DNA of 64,000 bases from an uncultured Acidobacteriaceae bacterium (GTDB taxonomy: Bacteria; Acidobacteriota; Terriglobia; Terriglobales; Acidobacteriaceae). Shown in pieces: positions 47,804-58,399 of this stretch. A model generated the notes under the pieces. It saw nothing but the letters and a program-made list of their open reading frames with translations. It had not been told where the DNA came from and made no database searches. The stretch is from positions 143,688 to 207,687 of the forward strand of contig CAWEKM010000007.1 of assembly GCA_963809605.1 (NCBI GenBank). The letters run 5' to 3'. The number at the start of each line of letters is the position of its first letter. Position 1 is the first letter of the stretch. The position numbers were made by a program, and so were the translations under genes.

Positions 47804-47831
47804 GTTACTGGCCTCTGACCACTGATCACTG
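47804..47831 (-). repeat. REP-C copy, inverted relative to 47118-47150
   Basis: Reverse complement reads CAGTGATCAGTGGTCAGAGGCCAGTAAC. Contains the trpE stop codon. Confidence 0.75.
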
Positions 47832-49310
47832 CTCACCGCTTCTAGCCTTCTCTACCGCCCTCAGCAGCGCCTGTGCCTTGTTCATCGATTCCTCGAACTC
47901 TTTTACCGGATCAGAATCGGCCACGATTCCTGCTCCTGCCTGCAGATACGCGTGCTTCCCTTGCATGAGCATGGTGCGAATGCCGATGCAGGAATCGAGG
48001 TTTCCGGCAAAGTCGGCGTAGAGCACTGATCCACCGTAGATGCCGCGGCGCACCGGTTCCAGTTCTTCGATGATCTGCATGGCGCGGACCTTGGGGGCGC
48101 CGCTCAGCGTGCCCGCGGGAAAGCAAGCCGCGAACGCGTCGATCGCGCCGAGATCCTTACGCAGCGTGCCTTCGAGCGCCGAGACCAGGTGCATGACGTG
48201 AGAGTAGCGCTCCACGTACATGAGATCCTTCACTTTGACTGAGCCGTACTCGCTCACGCGGCCGAGATCGTTGCGGCCGAGATCGACCAGCATGACGTGC
48301 TCGGCTCGCTCCTTTTCATCAGTGCGCATCTGTTGTTCCAGGCGCTGGTCTTCGGCCTCGTCGCGCCCGCGCGGATGGGTGCCGGCGATAGGACGGTATT
48401 CCAGCTTGCGGCTGGTGACCCGGACCAGCATCTCGGGAGACGAGCCGAGGATTTGCTTGTCCCCCATCCTCAGGAAATAAAGATAGGGCGAAGGATTCAC
48501 CTGGCGCAGGGCGCGGTAAAGATCGAACGGTTCGATGCCGGGGATGAAGTCGAGCCGCTGCGAGAGCACGACTTGAAAGATGTCGCCAGCGGCGATGTAT
48601 TCTTTGCAACGCTCGACGCTGCGCAGAAATTGCGCCCGCGTGGTTCCGGCATGGATTTTGAGTTTTCCCGGCTCAGCCTTGACGGATTTGCGCCACATTG
48701 CCGGGCGTAATCCTGCAGCCAGCTTTCTTTCGAGTGATGCAATGTCGCGCACTGCCCGAGCATAGGCGCGGCGGGGGCTCTCCCGCGAAACGTCCGCCGC
48801 AGCCACAATATGAATCTGGTGGCGCAAGTGGTCAAAGGCGAGCAGGCGGTCGAAGAACATCAGTTCACAATCGAGCAGCGAGAGATCGTCTTTCGCATGC
48901 TCGCCAATGTTTTCCAGCTGTCGCACTACGTCGTAGGAAAAATAACCAACCGCTCCGGCGGTGAATGGCGGCAGGCCGGGAACCGTGGCCGGCTGGTGCT
49001 CGCTCAGCAACAACTTCACGAACTCGAACACGTTTCCTTCATGGTGTTCGCGGTGCCTGCCGCGTTCAATCTCGATGGCCGAACCCCGCGCCCGCAGGCG
49101 CATGTAAGGCCGAGCTCCCAGGAAGGTGTAGCGGCCGATCTGCTCGCCGCGCTCGACCGACTCGAGCAGAAACGCGTGCGGTTCTTTCTCGGCGATCGCT
49201 AGGAATGCCGAGACCGGCGTGAGCAGGTCGGCGCTCACCGATTTCACCACCGGCACCAGCGTGGCCGACCGCGCCAGACGGGAGAATTCCTTGAATTCAG
49301 GATAAGGCAT
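47826..49310 (-). CDS. trpE: anthranilate synthase component I
   Basis: 494 aa from ATG 49310. Chorismate-binding motifs AGAVGYFSYD, GTLSGAPK, GAGIVADS. Confidence 0.9.
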   Translation of the reverse strand: MPYPEFKEFSRLARSATLVPVVKSVSADLLTPVSAFLAIAEKEPHAFLLESVERGEQIGRYTFLGARPYMRLRARGSAIEIERGRHREHHEGNVFEFVKLLLSEHQPATVPGLPPFTAGAVGYFSYDVVRQLENIGEHAKDDLSLLDCELMFFDRLLAFDHLRHQIHIVAAADVSRESPRRAYARAVRDIASLERKLAAGLRPAMWRKSVKAEPGKLKIHAGTTRAQFLRSVERCKEYIAAGDIFQVVLSQRLDFIPGIEPFDLYRALRQVNPSPYLYFLRMGDKQILGSSPEMLVRVTSRKLEYRPIAGTHPRGRDEAEDQRLEQQMRTDEKERAEHVMLVDLGRNDLGRVSEYGSVKVKDLMYVERYSHVMHLVSALEGTLRKDLGAIDAFAACFPAGTLSGAPKVRAMQIIEELEPVRRGIYGGSVLYADFAGNLDSCIGIRTMLMQGKHAYLQAGAGIVADSDPVKEFEESMNKAQALLRAVEKARSGEQ

Positions 49311-49556
49311 GCGAAAAATTAGCGACGAGACTGGCCATCCGCAGGCTCTGCCTCGCGGTTCATTATAGGGGAGTCTGTATGTGGACGCGGGTGCTCGGTG
49401 CGTGGCCGTCATCCTAGAGTACTTTCGTACTTACCGCGAAAAGACCGCGAAATAGTAGTCTGTGAACCAACCCGGCAATTGACGGACGCAGGCCCTCATC
49501 GGAAGATACATAAGGAAAGAGTCTGGGGAATCAGCCCTCGTGCGGCCGGGGAGCCT

Positions 49557-50378
49557 ATGCGGATCAAGTTCTGGGGCGTACGCGGTTCCACGCCCACTCC
49601 ACAACCCGAGAATATGCGCTATGGAGGAAATACCTCGTGCGTCGAGGTGCGCGTTGGCGACCGTATCTACATCTTTGATTGCGGTACCGGGTTCCGCGTG
49701 CTGGGCCAGCAGTTGCAAAGCGAGTTCGGGGAAAAGCCATTCTCCGCGCACGTGTTCGTTTCCCACTTTCACTGGGACCACATTCAGGGCATGCCGTTCT
49801 TCCGGCCTTTGTACGCGAATGCCGAGAACCGGTTCCTGTTTCAATGCTCAAGCCGCACTCGCAGCCTGAAGCAGGTCCTGGGCGACCAGATGGCCGCGCC
49901 CTACTTTCCCGTCGACATCGGCCAGATGCAGGCCCAGCGCGACTTTTACGACATCGAAAGCGGACGCATTACGATCGAGGACGGCATCCAGCTGCAGGCT
50001 GCGTGGCTGAATCATCCCCAGGGATGCATGGGTTTTCGCCTGGAAACCAAGGATGGAATTCTCGTCTATGCGACCGACAACGAACCCGGCGATGCCGTAT
50101 TCGACAAGGCCGTGCGCAAGCTGGCCGAAGGCGCGGACGTGCTGATCTACGATGCGCAGTATCTTCCCGAGGAATATGAAGCGCGCCGCCGGGGATGGGG
50201 ACACAGCCACTGGCGCGAAGCCGTGAATGTGGTGATGGAGAGCGGCGCCAAGGAGCTTGTGTTGTTCCACCATGATCCCGACCATACCGACGTCGTGATC
50301 GACAAGGTTGTGAAGGAAGCGCGCAACTACTACCCCAAAGTACGGGCTGCGGCCGAGGGGATGGAAATCAATCTGTAG
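49557..50378 (+). CDS. MBL-fold metallo-hydrolase
   Basis: 273 aa from ATG 49557. HFHWDH (HxHxDH) motif. Confidence 0.85.
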   Translation: MRIKFWGVRGSTPTPQPENMRYGGNTSCVEVRVGDRIYIFDCGTGFRVLGQQLQSEFGEKPFSAHVFVSHFHWDHIQGMPFFRPLYANAENRFLFQCSSRTRSLKQVLGDQMAAPYFPVDIGQMQAQRDFYDIESGRITIEDGIQLQAAWLNHPQGCMGFRLETKDGILVYATDNEPGDAVFDKAVRKLAEGADVLIYDAQYLPEEYEARRRGWGHSHWREAVNVVMESGAKELVLFHHDPDHTDVVIDKVVKEARNYYPKVRAAAEGMEINL

Positions 50379-50415
50379 GAGTTTTGTCCCCGTTGGAGAA
50401 AATGGGCAAACGCTT

Positions 50416-51999
50416 ATGCGCCGCGGAGTCCGCAATAACTGTTTGCGTTTCCTAGCCGTTCTCGCCCTGGCGCTGGCGCCGCTTCCTGCGCAGACGGGCG
50501 GGTCTCCGGCTCCGGTGAAACATTACGGCTATTCAGGCCAAGACAGGATGCTTGAGTGCATGCGGCAAGTATTTGGGAAATATGCTGCGGGGTTTCCCAG
50601 CACAGTGCTCTATGGGCATCCTTCGATCGTTGTCGGCCGGCCGCCCCGAGTTGTAAACGGGCGCTGGGAACCTGTGAGCGAGCGTGTCACCTATCCTCCC
50701 GTTGCAGATCTGCCATGTCCCAGTACGCGCGATGGGATCGCAAAATTGCTCGACTCGGACGTGGCGAAACTGCTCCTCTTGGTCAATCCGGAACAACCCC
50801 AAGGCATTCGAATCTTTGAGACTGCGCAATGGGTTTACATCATTCCCGCCGTGAAGTTCATCCCATCACCCCACCAGCAACGGTGGAAACGGATTAAGAT
50901 CGAGCCGAAGATTGAATCGGTTGATGGTATTTCCGAGGCAGAGGCCCGGAATCTTCTTCCGGAAATATTAAAATTTGCAAGAACGGTGCCTTTAGCCCCG
51001 TCCCAAGCGCTCTCTCCAGCAGAGCTAACAGCGAACAACATGCCGCAACGAGCTCCTGGAGCGGACGATGAAGTTGAGGTGGGCCCATACTTCCGGTTCT
51101 ACAAAGTTAAACTGCAGCCCAAGGCCCCGGACTCAGTCGTCGCGTTGATGGAAGATTGGCCCTCGGGATCGGCGGGCCGAATCATTTACGGAGAGATGCG
51201 CGATGGGAAATACCAAATGCTGTGGGACTCCCCGCTGCTGAACGGTCACGGACGGTTGGACTTGGCAGACGTAAACGGCGACGGGTGGGATGAACTCCTG
51301 TGGCGTTCGGACACATGCGGCGCACAAAACTGTGCGCCGGAAGAGCTCGTCATTTTTGACAGAGAAGGCCGGGAACTTACGCGTCAGGGAAAATGTAATA
51401 TCCAGCCCATCTATCCCTTTAACGAAGCAGATGGAGTCTGTGCGATCGTCGGAGAGGAAATCACCGTGGACGCGACTCTGCTCGCTCAAAGGAAGCATAA
51501 TCCCGCCGAGATTGCAGTGAAGAGTTGGGAAGTGGATGGTAAAGACCGTGTCTTCAAACTCATCGATGGAACCTACATTCCTTTTGAGGGAAATACGCCC
51601 GGGGAGTCGCCTCTCACCAGCGTTCGGGACGCCGCCAACCTGAATGAGGAAGGCATGACGCTCATGAGAGACCGAAGATACAGGGAAGCGGGAGAAACGT
51701 TCCTCAGAGCTGCGAATCTTGATCCCAGCAATGCTCTGTATCCTAACAATGCCGGTTTTGCCTTCTATAAAGCGGGCGAATACGACCTTTCTATCGAGTG
51801 GTTTGGGAAAGCAATCCAGATCGATCCAAAACGAGCCGTCGCGTACTTGAATCGGGGCGACGCGTTTGCCAGGCTCGATCGTTATGCGAGCAGCTCCATG
51901 GCCCGCAAGGATTATGAAAAATTCCTGGAACTCGCACCCGATTCCAAAGCCGCTGCTGAAGTAAAAAAGAAACTCGACGCTCTACCGGGCGCACCATGA
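50416..51999 (+). CDS. secreted protein with FG-GAP/VCBS-like segment and C-terminal TPR repeats
   Basis: 527 aa. Signal peptide, DVNGDGWDELLW, TPR units near the C-terminus. Confidence 0.55.
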   Translation: MRRGVRNNCLRFLAVLALALAPLPAQTGGSPAPVKHYGYSGQDRMLECMRQVFGKYAAGFPSTVLYGHPSIVVGRPPRVVNGRWEPVSERVTYPPVADLPCPSTRDGIAKLLDSDVAKLLLLVNPEQPQGIRIFETAQWVYIIPAVKFIPSPHQQRWKRIKIEPKIESVDGISEAEARNLLPEILKFARTVPLAPSQALSPAELTANNMPQRAPGADDEVEVGPYFRFYKVKLQPKAPDSVVALMEDWPSGSAGRIIYGEMRDGKYQMLWDSPLLNGHGRLDLADVNGDGWDELLWRSDTCGAQNCAPEELVIFDREGRELTRQGKCNIQPIYPFNEADGVCAIVGEEITVDATLLAQRKHNPAEIAVKSWEVDGKDRVFKLIDGTYIPFEGNTPGESPLTSVRDAANLNEEGMTLMRDRRYREAGETFLRAANLDPSNALYPNNAGFAFYKAGEYDLSIEWFGKAIQIDPKRAVAYLNRGDAFARLDRYASSSMARKDYEKFLELAPDSKAAAEVKKKLDALPGAP

Positions 52000-52204
52000 C
52001 GCGGTGTTCTTTCGTACATCCTCTGATGGCGACTGGGTAAGGCCAGTTTCACAATGGGGTTCCATCCGGCCCTCCGCCTTGCTTCCCTGCCATCATCGCT
52101 CATATACTCTGAACGTTTGCCCGATCACTCCGGGAACTCGTCCCGGCGCCGGCCAAGATCTTGTTTCGAGATAAAGAATCGCAATCATTCCGGAGAATAC
52201 TTTT

Positions 52205-53482
52205 ATGACCACGCTGACTGCCCCACCGCAGGTCGACAAGGAAAGCAATCCATGGGAGTCGCAGCGGGCGCGTTTTGACCTGGCTGCGCAGAAGCTCAAT
52301 CTGGATGACGGCTTGTGGCGGGTTCTGCGCTATCCCAATCGCGAGTTGACGGTCTACATCCCGGTGCAGATGGATGACGGCCATCTCGAGGTCTTCACCG
52401 GATTCCGCGTGCAGCATTCGATTGCGCGCGGGCCAGCCAAGGGCGGCATCCGCTACGCGCCTGACGTTACGCTCGATGAAGTGCGTGCTCTCGCGAGTTG
52501 GATGACGTGGAAGTGCGCCGTGGTCAACATTCCTTTCGGAGGGGCAAAGGGCGGCGTGATCTGCGATCCGCACAAGATGTCGATGGGCGAGATCGAGCGC
52601 ATGACACGGCGCTACACCTCAGAACTGATTGAATTCATCGGGCCAGAAAAAGACGTGCCCGCTCCCGACGTCAACACCAACGAACAAATCATGGCGTGGA
52701 TGATGGATACCTACTCCATGCACATGCGGCAAACGGTTACGGCGGTGGTGACCGGAAAGCCGATCAACATTGGTGGCTCCCGCGGACGCCGTGAGGCTAC
52801 TGGCCGCGGCGTGATGGTGGTATGCGACGAGGCCTGCAAGAAGCTCGGCTTGTCGCGCGAGAGCAGCCGCGTGATTGTACAGGGCTTCGGCAACGTGGGC
52901 TCGAATGCCGCGCACCTCATGCATCAAGCCGGGTATAAAGTGGTGGGCATCGCAGAGGTCGGTGGCGGCCTCTACAACAAGAATGGGATCGACTTGAATG
53001 CCCTGGTTGAATTCCGGCAGAAAAATGGGACAGTGCATGGATTTCCCGGCGCGGAAGCGGCCGACACCGCCGACTTGCTTACCACGGATTGCGAAATCCT
53101 GATCCCTGCCGCGACCGAAAATGTGATCACTTCGCGCAACGTCGATCGGGTAAAGTGCCGCATCCTGGCGGAAGGGGCGAACGGTCCTACGACCTCGGCC
53201 GCCGACGATGTTCTAACTGACAAGGGAGTCTTTGTGATCCCTGACATTCTGGCCAATGCTGGCGGCGTGACCACCTCTTACTTTGAGTGGGTGCAGGACC
53301 GCCAGGGCTACTTCTGGAAAGAGTCAGTAGTCAACGAGCAACTGGAAGAGATCATGATCTCGTCGTTCGGAGACGTGGTCCGCTACGCCGAGACTCATAA
53401 GGTGAACAATCGCATCGCAGCCTACATGCTGGCCATCGACCGCGTGGCCTACACGATTCGTCAGCGCGGAATTTATGCGTGA
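52205..53482 (+). CDS. gdhA: Glu/Leu/Phe/Val dehydrogenase family, glutamate dehydrogenase-like
   Basis: 425 aa. Catalytic-Lys block FGGAKGG, Rossmann GFGNVG. Confidence 0.9.
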   Translation: MTTLTAPPQVDKESNPWESQRARFDLAAQKLNLDDGLWRVLRYPNRELTVYIPVQMDDGHLEVFTGFRVQHSIARGPAKGGIRYAPDVTLDEVRALASWMTWKCAVVNIPFGGAKGGVICDPHKMSMGEIERMTRRYTSELIEFIGPEKDVPAPDVNTNEQIMAWMMDTYSMHMRQTVTAVVTGKPINIGGSRGRREATGRGVMVVCDEACKKLGLSRESSRVIVQGFGNVGSNAAHLMHQAGYKVVGIAEVGGGLYNKNGIDLNALVEFRQKNGTVHGFPGAEAADTADLLTTDCEILIPAATENVITSRNVDRVKCRILAEGANGPTTSAADDVLTDKGVFVIPDILANAGGVTTSYFEWVQDRQGYFWKESVVNEQLEEIMISSFGDVVRYAETHKVNNRIAAYMLAIDRVAYTIRQRGIYA

Positions 53483-53485
53483 AGA

Positions 53486-53519
53486 CCAGTTGTCAGTTGC
53501 CAGTACCCAGTTGTCAGTC
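53486..53519 (+). repeat. REP-C-like variant (CAGTTGTCAGTTGCCAGT)
   Basis: CCAGTTGTCAGTTGCCAGTACCCAGTTGTCAGTC, starting 4 nt after the gdhA stop. Confidence 0.55.
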
Positions 53520-53534
53520 AAACCCGAGGTATTG

Positions 53535-53879
53535 ATGATGCTGCGGGGCGTGAGAGTGATCTCGCGAATCTTGCTTTTGCTGCTCGCGTTCCTGGTGTTG
53601 CCAGTAGTGGCGCCAGGGCACTCGAGCGCAGCCGCCGCGCCGCAAGCCGCCGCCGCTTCCAAGCTCGATATCAACACGGCGACTGCCGATCAGCTCAAGG
53701 CTCTGCCCGGCATCGGTGACGCTATTTCCCAAAAAATCATCGCTGGCCGTCCTTATCGCACGAAGCTTGATCTGGTACATCGGAAGATCATCTCGCAGGC
53801 AACTTACGCCAAGGTAAAGGACCTCATCATCGCCAAGCAACCGAAAGCAGCGGCAACGACTCCGGCGACCACGAAGTAA
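53535..53879 (+). CDS. ComEA-like helix-hairpin-helix protein, secreted
   Basis: 114 aa from ATG 53535. Signal peptide. [26 protein letters not shown] HhH motif. Confidence 0.75.
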   Translation: MMLRGVRVISRILLLLLAFLVLPVVAPGHSSAAAAPQAAAASKLDINTATADQLKALPGIGDAISQKIIAGRPYRTKLDLVHRKIISQATYAKVKDLIIAKQPKAAATTPATTK

Positions 53880-54032
53880 TCAAGCTGCGTTTGCAACCGC
53901 ACCATCTCTGATCGAACCATCTTGGGACACCTTGTCCCAACTGTGTATTTCCTCTCATTGCGTTCCCTTCCACCGTGGAGGATAATCAAGCTGTCTTCCG
54001 GTTTGCGCCCCCGGAAACCATGCTGAGCCGCG

Positions 54033-54713
54033 GTGAACCTGCCTAATTCCATCACGTTGATCCGCATCTGCAGTATTCCTCTGTTTATCTGGATTTTGTC
54101 TTCGCATCAATTCAGCAGCGTGCACGGCGCCAAGGAATTGCTCGCCTCGGCAGTATTCATCGCCGCGTCTATGACCGATGGTATTGACGGATACCTGGCC
54201 CGAAAGCGCGGGCAGATCACGACCATGGGGATTCTGCTCGATCCCATGGCCGACAAGCTTCTGATCGCTGCCGCGTTCGTTACCCTGGTGCAGTTCAATC
54301 CCAGCCTGGTTCCAGCCTGGATCGCGGTGATCATCATTGGCCGCGAGTTCCTGGTAAGCGGGTTGCGTTCCATCGCCGCGACGGAGGGCTTCACGATTGA
54401 AGCCAGCGAATTGGGCAAGTTCAAGATGGTGGTGCAGATTGTTTCGGTCGTCGCGGTGATACTCGACCACCGCTGGAAAGAGTGGCCGGTTTACGGAAAC
54501 TTCGTCTTCCCGGTGCACTGGATTGCCTATGCGGCGATCTGGTTTGTGGTCTGTGTTTCGCTGGTTTCGGGTATCGATTACTTCGCTGCGTTCTGGTCGA
54601 AGATTGACCGGCAAGTTTCCAAGCGCCGTCGCCGCGCCTTCATTCTGAGCCGTCGCCGAAAGCCGCAACCGGCGCCCCGACCGGCAGATGCCGATGTCGC
54701 CCCCACAACCTAA
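54033..54713 (+). CDS. pgsA: CDP-diacylglycerol--glycerol-3-phosphate 3-phosphatidyltransferase
   Basis: 226 aa. CDP-alcohol phosphotransferase motif DGIDGYLARKRG...DPMADK. GTG start. Basic C-terminal tail. Confidence 0.9.
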   Translation: MNLPNSITLIRICSIPLFIWILSSHQFSSVHGAKELLASAVFIAASMTDGIDGYLARKRGQITTMGILLDPMADKLLIAAAFVTLVQFNPSLVPAWIAVIIIGREFLVSGLRSIAATEGFTIEASELGKFKMVVQIVSVVAVILDHRWKEWPVYGNFVFPVHWIAYAAIWFVVCVSLVSGIDYFAAFWSKIDRQVSKRRRRAFILSRRRKPQPAPRPADADVAPTT

Positions 54714-55314
54714 TTCGCCCTCGGCAGTCGCTTCCGTCCAGGAATTCTCCAGCGAGGAACGTAGTCAACTGCTGCGCCTGGCGCACGATTCCATTTCTTC
54801 GGCTCTCGAGCATCGCGAGATTTCTCTTGAGCCCCCTACGCCTCATTTCGCCGAGCCGCGCGGCGTCTTCACTTCAATTTATCTGCGTCGCGATGAGCCA
54901 GGACGCGATAGGCACGAAGAAGCTTTACGCGGATGTGTCGGTTACGTGCTGCCCACCTGCGCGGTCTATCGGGCGGTCGGGGAAACTGCGCGCGCCGCAG
55001 CTTTCGACGACAACCGTTTTCCGCCTCTCACGCGCGAAGAAGCTCCTCATCTGGCAATTGAGCTGAGTATTCTCTCTCCTGCGCAAACGATTCTGCCGGA
55101 AGAAATCGAAATCGGCCGCCACGGTCTGCTCATCAGCTGGCAGGGCCGCCGCGGGTTGCTACTGCCGCAAGTGCCAGTCGAGCATGCATGGGACCGCACC
55201 ACCTTCCTGGAACAAACCTGCCGCAAAGCCGGATTGCCCGCAGACGCATGGCAAAAAGGCGCGACTATCGAGGCGTTCACGGCGGAAGTCTTCGGCGAGA
55301 AGAGTGGCCACTGA
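54688..55314 (+). CDS. AMMECR1 domain protein (AmmeMemoRadiSam system protein A type)
   Basis: 208 aa. LRGCVGY motif. 26-nt overlap with pgsA. Confidence 0.8.
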   Translation: MPMSPPQPNSPSAVASVQEFSSEERSQLLRLAHDSISSALEHREISLEPPTPHFAEPRGVFTSIYLRRDEPGRDRHEEALRGCVGYVLPTCAVYRAVGETARAAAFDDNRFPPLTREEAPHLAIELSILSPAQTILPEEIEIGRHGLLISWQGRRGLLLPQVPVEHAWDRTTFLEQTCRKAGLPADAWQKGATIEAFTAEVFGEKSGH

Positions 55315-55318
55315 CCAC
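55303..55318 (-). repeat. REP-C single unit
   Basis: AGTGGCCACTGACCAC. Contains the stop codon of the AMMECR1 gene. Confidence 0.5.
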
Positions 55319-55377
55319 CGCCCCAAAACAAAACCGGGGACGGTTGCCCGTCCCCGTATCTGTGCCGCTTGCGAGGG

Positions 55378-56352
55378 TTATTGCTGTTGTTGTGCCTGTT
55401 CGTCTAGTTCCACACCGTCGCCTAGATGTACGTCTTCCATGGCGAACACGATCATGCCGGTTGCCGTGGTAGGGGTGGTTCCAATGACGACGATTTCGCC
55501 GACCGCGCGCCGCGGAAGGTCCTTCACGTGAATCACGGGCCCATTGCCCTTCTCGAACATGCCTGGATCGAAGGATGGTTGCTTCTTCTGCGTGTCTTCA
55601 CTGACCGAAGCACGGAACGAAAGAGAATCCACCGGGTCATCGAGAGTGGCCTCATAGTTCCGCACGGCGCGGAAATAATCTCCAACTTTCACGCCCTGGT
55701 TCGCTCCCACGTTGAAATAAACCTTCTGCCCCGCTCCCAGCTGCGAGTCAAAATCTTTGGCCATCACGATCCGCCCGGAGACCTTGCTGCCTGCAGGCAG
55801 GAAACGGTCAAAACGAAGCGGCGGGTGGAATTGCACCATCGGTTTCTCGGCGAACGGAATCGCCGTATCTCCCGGGTTGAGGGGGTCGCAAGAGTATTCA
55901 ATCTGCGCCACCGCCGTCTTGCTGCGCGTATCGAGTATGCGCACGCGGCCGACTTCCTCGTAGGGCTGCCCGGTAGCGGCCAGCAGCTTCATCTGGCCGG
56001 GAAACATTTCATACTTGTTGATGTCCTGCAAAGCGCGAATAATCTCGTACTCCGCGCCAGGAGTGTAGCCTGAGCCCTTCAGGAACACGATGTCGCCCCT
56101 GACGAACTTCGTGCTGGCAGGAGAGTCCAAGCCGCCGGCGATGTAATTCGCATCGGGCAGGGTCTGCCGGTTGATGAACCCAGCACAGTAAATATCCGCA
56201 TACGTGGGCATCATGACCCGCTGAATGGGAAAGTTGGCCGACGTGAAAATCGTTCCCTCCGGTGTGACCGGGGCCGTCTGAGCTGCATCGGATGTCGATT
56301 GAGCCCATGCCGCGCTCGTCGCCAGCAGTACTAACACTCCTATTTTCTTCAT
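55378..56352 (-). CDS. hypothetical secreted protein
   Basis: 324 aa from ATG 56352. Signal peptide MKKIGVLVLLATSAAWAQ. No motif recognised. Confidence 0.5.
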   Translation of the reverse strand: MKKIGVLVLLATSAAWAQSTSDAAQTAPVTPEGTIFTSANFPIQRVMMPTYADIYCAGFINRQTLPDANYIAGGLDSPASTKFVRGDIVFLKGSGYTPGAEYEIIRALQDINKYEMFPGQMKLLAATGQPYEEVGRVRILDTRSKTAVAQIEYSCDPLNPGDTAIPFAEKPMVQFHPPLRFDRFLPAGSKVSGRIVMAKDFDSQLGAGQKVYFNVGANQGVKVGDYFRAVRNYEATLDDPVDSLSFRASVSEDTQKKQPSFDPGMFEKGNGPVIHVKDLPRRAVGEIVVIGTTPTTATGMIVFAMEDVHLGDGVELDEQAQQQQ

Positions 56353-56567
56353 GTTACCTCCGAGAAGAGACACACGCCGCCTCCTCTCCAGCAAAATGCC
56401 ATGGAAGCTAGGCTTCAACTGGAAGGTAACAAGGGGGTAAGAGGGGGTCAAGGTTACGAGGGTGTTAGACGGTTTGCGAAAATGGGGTTTTTGAGGAATT
56501 TGTGAATACGCTGTTGCATCTGGAATTCAGCCCCTGTAAGATTCGCGCCGAACCTGTCACTCTTAAG

Positions 56568-58142
56568 ATGATTTCCGCCGCCAGGAGTTACCCGCCCCGC
56601 CTGTTGCCTCTGCGCTTGCCGCGGGTGTGCGTGGCGGTCACCGCGCCGGATGCCGCCGAACTGGTCGAGAAAGCTGAGGCTCTGATACGGGATAACTCCT
56701 TCCTGGAGTTCAGGTTGGACTATATTTCAAAGCCTTCCCTGGTGCTTCCTAAGATCAAGCATTTTCTGGACACTCATCCCGGCACAGTGGTGATCGCCAC
56801 CTGCCGCCGCGTCGCCAGTGGCGGCCGATTCCGCGGATCGATCGCTTCTCAGCTCGACATTTTGGCCAAAGCCTCGGCCGTGGGTTGCCAACTGGTCGAT
56901 GTCGAGCTGCAAACCGCACTAAAGTGCAAGCCCGCGCAACTGCAGAAGCTGCGCAGCCGTTCGGCGCTGATTCTCTCCTATCACGACTTCCGCGGCACCA
57001 AGAAGCTCGACGAAACTCTGGAGAAGATGCGCGCCTTTCCGGCCGACTTCTACAAAGTGGTCAGCACGGCGGCTACTCTCTCCGACAACGTTGCGATGAT
57101 CCAATTTTTGGGGCGCGAAGGCGATAACCATTCTCTGGTGGGCTTGTGCATGGGCGAACAAGGCATCATCAGCCGCGTGCTCGGAGTCCGCGCCGGCAGC
57201 ATATTTACCTTTGCGGCAGTCAGCGCCGGAGAAGAAACGGCTCCCGGACAAGCCACCGCCCAGGAGCTTCGCAGCGTTTACCGCATCGACACCGTCGACG
57301 CAGCAACCCGAGTCTACGGGGTGGCCGGAGACCCAGTCGCACACTCGCTCTCGCCCGCCATTATGAATGCGGCCTTCCGCCGCGAGAACGTCAACGCCGT
57401 CTACCTCGCACTGCACGCCAAGACCCTCAAAGATCTGCTGAACTGCGTGCGCGAGATTCCCATCCACGGCCTGAGCATCACCATGCCGTACAAAGAAGCC
57501 ATCCTTCCGTATCTCGACAACACCGATTCTCACACCACGAAGATCGGCGCATGCAACACGGTAGTTCGCGCGCAGGACGGAAAACTCTACGGCTTCAACA
57601 CTGATACTTCCGGAGTTGTGCGTCCGCTCGAACGCCGCCTGAGCACGCTGCAGGATGCAAAGATCCTCGTGCTCGGAGCCGGAGGCGCAGCCCGCGCCGC
57701 GGTCTTCGGCCTGAGGGAGCGTGGAGCCGAAGTCTATATTCTGAATCGCAGCGCAGCTGCCGCACAGAAGCTGGCTCGCCGTGCTCACGCGCGCTCGATC
57801 AAGCGCGCCGACCTCAAGAAGTACGCTTTCGACGTGATCATCAACGCTACTCCGGTCGGCATGGGCAACACCCGCGACACACCACTTCAGGAAAAGGAAA
57901 TTAACGCGCGCTACGTTTTCGACATGATCTACGATCCGGTCGAGACCCGCCTGCTGAAACTGGCGAAGGAGCGGGGCGCACAGATTATCCCCGGCATCGA
58001 AATGTTCGTCCACCAGGCGGCCCGCCAGTTCGAGATCTGGACTGGGAAGCCCGCTCCCCAAGATGACATGATGCAGGTAGTAACGCTGGCCCTGCAGGAA
58101 CGTGCGGCACGCGCCGCGGCCGTAACGGCGAAGAAGAAGTGA
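56568..58142 (+). CDS. bifunctional type I 3-dehydroquinate dehydratase / shikimate 5-dehydrogenase (AroD-AroE fusion)
   Basis: N-half is type I DHQase (LEFRLDY, ILSYHDF), C-half is AroE (SLSPAIMNAAF, LGAGGAARA), in one uninterrupted ORF. Start at 56568 or 56502. Confidence 0.85.
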   Translation: MISAARSYPPRLLPLRLPRVCVAVTAPDAAELVEKAEALIRDNSFLEFRLDYISKPSLVLPKIKHFLDTHPGTVVIATCRRVASGGRFRGSIASQLDILAKASAVGCQLVDVELQTALKCKPAQLQKLRSRSALILSYHDFRGTKKLDETLEKMRAFPADFYKVVSTAATLSDNVAMIQFLGREGDNHSLVGLCMGEQGIISRVLGVRAGSIFTFAAVSAGEETAPGQATAQELRSVYRIDTVDAATRVYGVAGDPVAHSLSPAIMNAAFRRENVNAVYLALHAKTLKDLLNCVREIPIHGLSITMPYKEAILPYLDNTDSHTTKIGACNTVVRAQDGKLYGFNTDTSGVVRPLERRLSTLQDAKILVLGAGGAARAAVFGLRERGAEVYILNRSAAAAQKLARRAHARSIKRADLKKYAFDVIINATPVGMGNTRDTPLQEKEINARYVFDMIYDPVETRLLKLAKERGAQIIPGIEMFVHQAARQFEIWTGKPAPQDDMMQVVTLALQERAARAAAVTAKKK

Positions 58143-58399
58143 CACCAAGGAGTGGGCCGTGCACGACCTTGCGGGTGCGATTCCGTAGCAGCAGGTGTTG
58201 CGCGACCGCATTATCGTCTATATACTTGAAGTAGTTTAACCACCCACCGACGGAGCTTCTCTCTCCCTAGCTGTTCCGGTCATGAAGTAGCAAATCCAAG
58301 CACACCTTCATAGGAAATCCTACTAAGAATCAGTGTGAGCCAAGCACCAGCCGACGCGTGACACGACTGCAGGTGCAACAACCAAGACATGGAGAAAAA

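Noticed and set aside
49404-49416. GTCATCCTAGAG upstream of trpE as another REP-A end.
   Set aside because: Only about 10 nt match and the rest of the unit is absent. That is too short to call.
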